Assembly: GCA_965222375.1 (NCBI GenBank)
Contig: CBDCTZ010000016.1
Coordinates: 3,072,001 to 3,136,000 of the forward strand
Direction: 5' to 3'
Length of the DNA: 64,000 bases
From: Polyangiaceae bacterium
GTDB taxonomy: Bacteria; Myxococcota_A; Polyangia; Polyangiales; Polyangiaceae
Shown here: in pieces, positions 57,678 to 64,000 of the stretch
How the letters are laid out: every line of letters begins with the position of its first letter
How positions within the stretch are numbered: position 1 is the stretch's first letter
Position numbers and translations under genes: made by a program
The notes under the pieces: model-generated
The model's database searches: none
What the model was told of the DNA's origin: nothing
What the model saw: only the letters and a program-made list of their open reading frames with translations

Positions 57678-58442
57678 GTGGATCCCGGAACTCTGATTGG
57701 AATCATCGTTGGCTTCGGGCTGATCATCGGCTCGATCATGCTGAACGGTTCCCTGATCTCGTTCATGGACGCACCCAGTGCGCTGATCGTGATCGGCGGT
57801 ACCTGTGCAGCGACGCTGATCATGGAGAAAGTTCCGCACGTGATCGGTGCCTTCAAGGTCGCCAAGAATGCGTTTCTCTCCAAGCAGAGCGATGCGACGA
57901 AGACGATTCAGACCATCTTGGAGCTGTCCAACACCGCGCGCCGAGAGGGGATCTTGGCCTTGGAAAGCGTCGAGGTGGAAGACCCGTTCTTGGCGAAGGG
58001 CCTTCGCATGGCTGTGGATGGAATTCCCCGGGAAGAAATTCGCGAGACTCTCACCGTGGAGCTGGTCAGCATGAAGCAACGCCATAGCCGTGGGCAGAAG
58101 TTGTTCAAGTTCGCAGCGACGACGGCGCCGTCCATGGGCATGATCGGGACGCTGGTCGGGTTGGTGCAGATGCTCCAGACCCTGGACGATCCGGCGTCCA
58201 TCGGTCCCTCCATGGCCGTCGCGCTGCTGACCACGATGTACGGCGCCATCCTCGCGTTCCTGGTTGCCGGGCCCATTGCTGAAAAGCTGTCTCGGCGCTC
58301 CGCCGAAGAGTCCGCGAACATGACGGTGATTATCGAGGGCATCGACTCGATCGTGAAGGGCCACAACGCCGCCGTGATCAAAGACAAGCTAGAGGCGCGA
58401 CTGTCACCCAAGGATCGCTCGCCAGAAGCCGAGGCCGCCTAG
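57678..58442 (+). CDS. motA: Flagellar stator A subunit (MotA/PomA)
   Basis: SALIVIGG, ARREGILALE, APSMGMIGTLVGLV, MAVALLTTMYG. Confidence 0.93.
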   Translation: MDPGTLIGIIVGFGLIIGSIMLNGSLISFMDAPSALIVIGGTCAATLIMEKVPHVIGAFKVAKNAFLSKQSDATKTIQTILELSNTARREGILALESVEVEDPFLAKGLRMAVDGIPREEIRETLTVELVSMKQRHSRGQKLFKFAATTAPSMGMIGTLVGLVQMLQTLDDPASIGPSMAVALLTTMYGAILAFLVAGPIAEKLSRRSAEESANMTVIIEGIDSIVKGHNAAVIKDKLEARLSPKDRSPEAEAA

Positions 58443-58455
58443 CGCGCGGGGCGTC

Positions 58456-59256
58456 ATGGAGATCCCCGAGGACGAAGAGGAAGTTGCCGAGGGCGCGCCG
58501 CCGTGGATGGCCACCTTCAGCGACATGGCCACGTTGCTGCTGACCTTTTTCGTGTTGCTGCTTTCCTTCGCCAACATGGACGTGGAAAACTTCCGCGTCG
58601 CCCTTGGCTCCGTGAAGGAGGCCTTCGGTGTGCAAGTCCAAACCCGCGGCAACATCGAGGGCATGACGACGAGCCCCGTAGAGCTTTCCACGGTGCAGAG
58701 CCTACCCTGGATTGAAAAGCCCCCAGATGTAGACAAAGACACCGCTGCGGTGGCGGAGTACATCAAAAAGAAAGGGCTGGATAGGAAGATCCATGTCGTG
58801 GGTACGCCGCGGGGCATCGTGCTTCGCATCAAGGACGTCGTGCTCTTCGATGTCGGCTCCGACGAGCTGAACGAGAGCGCTGCTCCCGTGCTCGAAACTG
58901 TCGGCGAGGTTTTCGGCGCCTTCGATGGCGACATGACCGTGGAGGGTCATACGGACGACGTGCCCATCGCCAGCGGACGCTTTCCCTCGAACTGGGAGCT
59001 GTCCGCAGCCCGGGCCATCTCCGTGATGCGGGAGCTCACTGGCAAGAATTCGGTAGCCGCCGCTCGGGTTCGGGTTGCCGGCTACGCGGACTCCAAGCCC
59101 ATCGCGTCCAACAAGGACGCCCAGGGGCGGTCGAAGAATCGTCGCGTGGAGTTCCTGTTCGAAAGAGGGCTCAGCGAGGCCGACTCCAAGGAGAAGAAGA
59201 AGAGGGGAAGCAGCCCCAGCGCGTTCCGCCTGCCCTTCTACACGACGCCGCACTGA
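58456..59256 (+). CDS. motB: Flagellar stator B subunit (MotB/PomB) with OmpA-like PG-binding domain
   Basis: PPWMATFSDMATLLLTFFVLLLS, EGHTDD, SNWELSAARA, NRRVE. Confidence 0.93.
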   Translation: MEIPEDEEEVAEGAPPWMATFSDMATLLLTFFVLLLSFANMDVENFRVALGSVKEAFGVQVQTRGNIEGMTTSPVELSTVQSLPWIEKPPDVDKDTAAVAEYIKKKGLDRKIHVVGTPRGIVLRIKDVVLFDVGSDELNESAAPVLETVGEVFGAFDGDMTVEGHTDDVPIASGRFPSNWELSAARAISVMRELTGKNSVAAARVRVAGYADSKPIASNKDAQGRSKNRRVEFLFERGLSEADSKEKKKRGSSPSAFRLPFYTTPH

Positions 59257-59352
59257 CTCCGGTCGATTTCGCGCGCGAAGCCACAATGACCCGGGCCGGT
59301 TTCGGGTGCAGCGGCGGGTTGAACTCGGCCGATTTCGGGCGCAACTCAGCAC
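59254..59352. repeat. Three degenerate 33-bp-period direct repeats
   Basis: Units start with TGA at 59254, 59287 and 59320 and share the core TGAnnnnGGyCGrTTTCGsGyGC. Confidence 0.7.
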
Positions 59353-59467
59353 CTAGGCGCCGCGACCCGCGGCCAATGAGGCCGCGCCATCTGACGCCCT
59401 CGACGCCCGCGCAAGCTGGCCCGTCACCTCCACCCGAACGCGGTGCATACGCGGTGTACTCCGTTCG

Positions 59468-60382
59468 CTACAGGCCGCGCACGCCGTCGATGGTCGTCTT
59501 GCGCGCCTTGTCAGGTGGATCCGCGCTGCCCGCGCCGCCCTTGCTGCCACCCCCGCCCACGCAGGCGCCATCCTTCGCCAAGCAACGCTTCACCTTCGCG
59601 CACACGGACGACCCAGCGCAGTCTGCCGACGACGCGGCGATGCACTTGCCGTTCTTCAACGAGCAGTTGCCCTCCAACTTGCAGCGCGCGCTCTTCTTGC
59701 AATCTGCAGTCGCGACAGCCGCGCACAAGCCATCCTTCACACCGCACTTGCCGTCGTTTTCGCAGGCGGCGGACTTTTTGCAGCCCTCCTCGGTGGCGAC
59801 GCAACGGCCGCCCTCGGCGCTGCATTGTGCGCTGCCTTTGCACACGACGGATTTGGCGCAGTCCTTGTCCTCGCCGGCAACGCACTTGCCGTCTTTGGCC
59901 TTGCAGTGGCCCAGCTTGTGGCAGGGAGTGTCCTTTTCCGGCTTGTCATCGCTGGTGCCCGCACAGTGCTGTCGCGACAGCGCCACGCAGCTGCCGCCTT
60001 GAGTGACACACAGTCCCTCGCTGCTACAGGTCTTTGCGCACTCCGTATGTATCGACCGCGCCAGGTTCACACAACCGCCCTGGTAAGCGCTGCACATCGC
60101 CAGCTTGCTGCAGTTCTCCGAGCCCTTGCAGTCCGAGTCCTGCGCCGCGGTGCACGCGCCTTCCTTTTCGCTGCACTTGCCGTGCTTCTTGCACGCCTCG
60201 GAACCCTTACAGTCCTCGCTCGACTTGACCACGCACAGGCCGTTTTCGTCCGGTGAGCACTTGCCGTCCTTCTTGCACTCAGGAACGGTCTTGCACTTGT
60301 CCGCGTCGTCACAGCCCAAAAGCGCCAGCCCAAGAAGCGCAACGGCGGTGCCCATGGTTTCGATCCGAATGCGTCGCAACAT
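59468..60382 (-). CDS. Cys-rich repeat lipoprotein
   Basis: Lipobox LLGC; about nine ~24-aa CxxSxxCxxxGxC....GxCvA repeats. Confidence 0.8.
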   Translation of the reverse strand: MLRRIRIETMGTAVALLGLALLGCDDADKCKTVPECKKDGKCSPDENGLCVVKSSEDCKGSEACKKHGKCSEKEGACTAAQDSDCKGSENCSKLAMCSAYQGGCVNLARSIHTECAKTCSSEGLCVTQGGSCVALSRQHCAGTSDDKPEKDTPCHKLGHCKAKDGKCVAGEDKDCAKSVVCKGSAQCSAEGGRCVATEEGCKKSAACENDGKCGVKDGLCAAVATADCKKSARCKLEGNCSLKNGKCIAASSADCAGSSVCAKVKRCLAKDGACVGGGGSKGGAGSADPPDKARKTTIDGVRGL

Positions 60383-60543
60383 CTCTGTCTAGCTACCGTT
60401 GTGGGGTTGGGGTCGCAACCCTGTCGCAGCCTGGGTCACTACTCTCGAAATGGCGCAGCCTTTGCGAGTGGCTCAACCTGGGCCGCCCCTACCAAGCGAA
60501 TTGGCGTTTTCTGGCGGGTGTCCAGCTGACACGTTCGGCAAGG

Positions 60544-61296
60544 GTGCCTCGTCCAACCTACATAGCTTGGCTACTCTCGACGTTGGCGAGCGCTGCGTCC
60601 GCCTGTGGTGGCTCGGACTCTCGCGTCCGCAGCGGCAACACCGGTGGCGCTAGTACAGGTGGCAGCAACACCGGTGGCGCTAGTACGGGCGGTAGCAACA
60701 CGGGTGGCGCGAGCACCGGTGGCGGCAATACCGGTGGCGCTGCTGCGATGAGCGGAGGTGGCGCCAACAAATTTCCGTGCGACAGCCCCCAACCGATCGT
60801 GTTGGGCGGGCAAGACACGGGGCTCGAGACATGTGCGAAAGAAACCGTCAAGCGGCAAGAGGCGAAGACCTGTCCCGATCTCAGGCCCAGCGCCAAGCCC
60901 TGTGCTGCAGCAACGACGGAATGCACGACCGATGGCGACTGCAAGGCGAACCCCAACGACTATTGCCGGTACCATGCGTTTGCGGGACCGGGGTCGTCAT
61001 CCATCTGTAGATGTGCGCCCGGCTGCACCATGGACTCGGATTGTCCAGCGGGGCAGGTGTGCCTCTGCGACGACCCGATAGGCGATTGTGTCCCAGCGGA
61101 TTGCGCGACCTCCGCGGATTGCAGCGCCGGATTCGACTGCATCATATCCGTCGCAGACTGCGCGCGGTCCCAACTGCACTGCCAAACCCCCACGGACGAA
61201 TGCCTCAGCAGCGACGACTGTTCCCCTCAGCAATACTGCGGCGTCGGGACCGAAGGTAGTCTCGTCTGCAAAACTGGCGGTTGCGGCGGCGCCTAG
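60544..61296 (+). CDS. Gly/Cys-rich lipoprotein
   Basis: ASAC lipobox; GGSNTGGAST linker; repeated CxxDxDC motifs. Confidence 0.7.
   Translation: MPRPTYIAWLLSTLASAASACGGSDSRVRSGNTGGASTGGSNTGGASTGGSNTGGASTGGGNTGGAAAMSGGGANKFPCDSPQPIVLGGQDTGLETCAKETVKRQEAKTCPDLRPSAKPCAAATTECTTDGDCKANPNDYCRYHAFAGPGSSSICRCAPGCTMDSDCPAGQVCLCDDPIGDCVPADCATSADCSAGFDCIISVADCARSQLHCQTPTDECLSSDDCSPQQYCGVGTEGSLVCKTGGCGGA
60631..60741 (+). repeat. 30-bp coding tandem repeat (GSNTGGASTG)
   Basis: About 3.7 copies of nGCrGCAACACCGGTGGCGCTAGyACnGGy. Confidence 0.8.
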
Positions 61297-61653
61297 CGCG
61301 TGAGCTTCAGGGTTCTCGTTGGGGTTTCGCTCTCAGGGCTGATACTCGTTGGCGTCGGAATCGCACAAGCCTACGCGTTTCTCGCCACCCTGGTAGAACT
61401 CGCTGCAGTCCTGGGTCACGTCGATAGCGGGGCTGCCGGCGGCCCTTGACAACTCCCCCTCTAGGAGGTTGGAAGGTCGAGAAAGTCTTTGACTTCTTTC
61501 CGAGGCGATCCCGTTTCAGATCGTCCGGTTCACCGTGGCTGAGGCGCCGCGTCTTGGCCTCGCGCGAGAGTAGTGGCCCTGGACGCCACAGTGAACCGAC
61601 CCCAAATACCCATGCTCAGACTCGGGAGCAGACGGGGATGTTAGGAGCACACC

Positions 61654-62148
61654 ATGGGCGAAGACAAACGTGCGGTTCTGCTGGTGGCTCATGGAAGCCC
61701 GGCGCGGGATCTACCGCGTGCGCTGCTCCAAGAAATGCGCCAGATACATGGCAAGGCGGATAAATCGCCGAGTGATGTTAGACGCGCGCGCGAGCTCGAC
61801 GACCAGGTGCGCCACTGGCCTCGCACCGCATGGAGCGATCCGTATCGCGAAGGCACGGAAGCCTTGGTGAGGGAGTTGCAAACCGTTCTGGGCGACACGC
61901 CCGTGAGTGCAGCCTACAACGAGTTCTGTGCGCCGAGCATCGAGGAAGCTGTCGCGCGGTTGGTTGGAGCGGGATTTTCTCGTGTCGACGTGTTTTCCAC
62001 CATGATGACTCCTGGAGGCGGGCACTCGGAGCGTGACATTCCGGCCGCGTTGAAGCGATGTCGCGAACGGTTCCCGAGTCTGGAGCTGCACTACCGCTGG
62101 CCCTACGACTTGAGCTTGGTGGCGCGCGTGATCAAGGAGCAGCTATGA
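61654..62148 (+). CDS. CbiX/SirB-family chelatase (short form)
   Basis: LLVAHGS, AYNEFCAPSI, PGGGHSERDIP. RBS AGGAG. Confidence 0.85.
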   Translation: MGEDKRAVLLVAHGSPARDLPRALLQEMRQIHGKADKSPSDVRRARELDDQVRHWPRTAWSDPYREGTEALVRELQTVLGDTPVSAAYNEFCAPSIEEAVARLVGAGFSRVDVFSTMMTPGGGHSERDIPAALKRCRERFPSLELHYRWPYDLSLVARVIKEQL

Positions 62149-62289
62149 CTGAAGTTCGAGACTGCGGCACCCCCTGCATGGAGCGGGCGCAGCCCAATCC
62201 AATGCTCGGCAGTCGAGTGCTCTCGGGGGAACCGAAGGCTGTCCTTGCTCGGGGTCAAGCCTCGATGGCACCAGCGCTTCCCGGTCGCG

Positions 62290-63495
62290 TCAGGGGTCGA
62301 GCCGCAACACGCCGGCCGCAGTGTATCCCACGATGCTACCGCCTGCGGTGATGCCCACTTCGTAGGCGTAGGTCGATAGGCCCGGAGTGTTTGGAATGGA
62401 CACGGGCGGAGTGACGTCCGCGAACGTGGCACCTGCATTCGTGCTGCGCCACACCGAATGCCCGGACGCCCGGTCGTTGACCACAACCGTCTTTCCAGCG
62501 GGCCGCGGGTCGACCTGGAGAACCCAGAATCCATTGGGCAGCGCCTGCACCGAGCTGAAGCTCTTGCCGCCGTCGGTGGATAGATAGATCTCCCGGCCTT
62601 TGCCGCTGCCGCCCAGGGCAACGAAGCGAGCGGGATCCGACGCGAAACTGCGCACCGTCGACGCGCTCGTTCCCGCGGGAAGCGTCGCTGCGCTGCAGCT
62701 CGCTCCCTGGCAGCTGTAGATGCCGTCTTTGCCGCAGGCGAATACATTGTGGGTCGCGGTGTGAGCGAAATCCGAGACCGCATTGCAGCCCGCGGGAGCC
62801 TTGACCGGCGTGAAGTTCACTCCGAAGTCCGTAGATGTCTGGATTTGACCGTCGACGCGAGCCAATAGCAGACCCCCGTCCCAAGCCAGGTGGTCGAGCT
62901 GCACGATGCTCTTCAGCTGAAACGCCTTGCCGCCATCGGTAGATGTGGCGAGGCGCCATAGGTCTTTGTAGTCGAAGCCGTAAGGGAAACCGAATGCAGC
63001 GCCGAGGTTGTTCGGCTGCTCTGGGTCCCAGACCAGCCCGTGGCCATCGATGTTCGAGGTGTCTGGAATGTCCATGATCTTGGTGCTGCTGAAGGTCTTG
63101 CCCGAGTCGGTACTGGTTGCCACCGTGACCGAGAGCGCCTGCCCTGGTGCCGAGGGCGACTGCTCGATCAAGAATGCGATCGTGTTCGGATCCGTCGGGT
63201 GGCCGGTGACGGCCTTCACGCCATGGAGCTGGTTGTTTTCGATGACGGTCCAAGTGCTCGGGGTGCCTCCGCCCGTTCCACCGCTGGCGCCACCCGTTCC
63301 ACCTCCCGCCGCGCCGCCGCTGCTCGCAGCGCCAGCGCCCCCATTGCCGCCGCTGGCGCTGCTGCCCCCAACAGCACCCGTGCCACCAACGCCCCCGGTC
63401 GACCCCGCGTCGGCGCTGCCGCCGCCTCCCGAGCCGCTGGAGCAAGCGAGGCTTGCCAACGAAATCGCCAACAAATAGCTGGAGCGCAGGGTCAT
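62290..63495 (-). CDS. BNR/Asp-box beta-propeller lipoprotein
   Basis: SLAC lipobox; five STDxGxxF-type boxes. Confidence 0.8.
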   Translation of the reverse strand: MTLRSSYLLAISLASLACSSGSGGGGSADAGSTGGVGGTGAVGGSSASGGNGGAGAASSGGAAGGGTGGASGGTGGGTPSTWTVIENNQLHGVKAVTGHPTDPNTIAFLIEQSPSAPGQALSVTVATSTDSGKTFSSTKIMDIPDTSNIDGHGLVWDPEQPNNLGAAFGFPYGFDYKDLWRLATSTDGGKAFQLKSIVQLDHLAWDGGLLLARVDGQIQTSTDFGVNFTPVKAPAGCNAVSDFAHTATHNVFACGKDGIYSCQGASCSAATLPAGTSASTVRSFASDPARFVALGGSGKGREIYLSTDGGKSFSSVQALPNGFWVLQVDPRPAGKTVVVNDRASGHSVWRSTNAGATFADVTPPVSIPNTPGLSTYAYEVGITAGGSIVGYTAAGVLRLDP

Positions 63496-63591
63496 GGGGC
63501 CATTCGTTGCAGCTCGGGGCCATACATTCACAGTTCCGGGTCGGAGCCGACGGCCCTGGCTCCTTCCAGCGTCGCCGCGATGCCTTGACCG

Positions 63592-64000
63592 TCAGCTCTC
63601 GGCGGAGCTCAGCAGCTCGCGGCCGCCGTCGCGCGTATCGGGCAGCGCCAGGGACGAAAACGCGGATACCAATACGAACCCCGCCGCGCTCAGCAGGCAT
63701 AGCTGCAGACCGCCGAGTTGGTACAGCAAGCCCGACAGCAGAGTACCGATCAGGCGCCCGCCCGCGTTGGCCATGTAGTAGAAACCGACATTTGCGGCGA
63801 CCTTGTCGGAATCCGTGTACGCGAGCACCAGGTAGGAGTGCACCGCGGAGTTGACTGCGAAGACGGCGCCGAACACGGCTAGCCCTACGAGTGCGACGAG
63901 TTTGGGATCCTGCTGAGCTGATAAGGCGTAGGCGATTCCCAAGGGCACGAGCACCAGCAGGAACGCCCACAACTGTGCAGGACGGGCTTCATTGTGTTCA
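63592..64000 (-). CDS. arsJ: Organoarsenical efflux MFS transporter ArsJ (3' part; runs off the window)
   Basis: FAVNSAVHSYLVLAY...NVGFYYMANAGGRLIGTLLSG signature. Confidence 0.82.
   Translation of the reverse strand, partial: EHNEARPAQLWAFLLVLVPLGIAYALSAQQDPKLVALVGLAVFGAVFAVNSAVHSYLVLAYTDSDKVAANVGFYYMANAGGRLIGTLLSGLLYQLGGLQLCLLSAAGFVLVSAFSSLALPDTRDGGRELLSSAES

Noticed and set aside
59254..59352. Possible mini-CRISPR array
   Set aside because: The repeats are degenerate, the variable parts are only ~10 nt, and no cas genes are present.
1..64000. tRNA, rRNA, prophage or known anti-phage defence genes
   Set aside because: No recognisable signatures were seen by eye; tRNAscan, Rfam and DefenseFinder runs would be needed to exclude divergent cases.

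Overview
High-GC bacterial chromosome segment. A MYXO-CTERM tail, a Ser/Thr kinase, a PEGA/TPR protein and many Cys/Gly-rich lipoproteins point to Myxococcota (Polyangia-like); this is inference. From left to right: (1) a degraded IS (integrase-core fragment plus terminal repeats) beside a bufferin-type RiPP cluster, with a lipoprotein-signal Cys-rich precursor, a DUF692 MNIO and a DUF2063 partner, under an ECF-like promoter; (2) housekeeping and signalling genes (PepP, NamZ, NtrC-type regulator, kinase, MgtE); (3) a comM/yifB-recA pair with a sigma54-like promoter; (4) a degenerate RecQ-like helicase fused to a ~250-aa histone-H1-like Lys/Arg/Ala repeat tail, bracketed by ~58-bp inverted repeats; (5) an S46 peptidase with MYXO-CTERM, a PHM-like copper monooxygenase lipoprotein, a FadR-type GntR/GMC operon with clear operators, an ECF/vWA pair, and tryptophan 2,3-dioxygenase preceded by a perfect 36-bp palindrome; (6) a flagellar island (flgF, HDOD regulators, FlgJ-like GH73, Na+-type motAB) with three sigma54 promoters and a FleQ-like box, enclosing an atypical NeuB/NeuA keto-acid sugar pathway with a KdsC-GmhA fusion; (7) Cys-rich lipoproteins, CbiX and a partial arsJ. 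No rRNA, tRNA or CRISPR array was seen. Product calls come from motif recognition by eye, not database searches.
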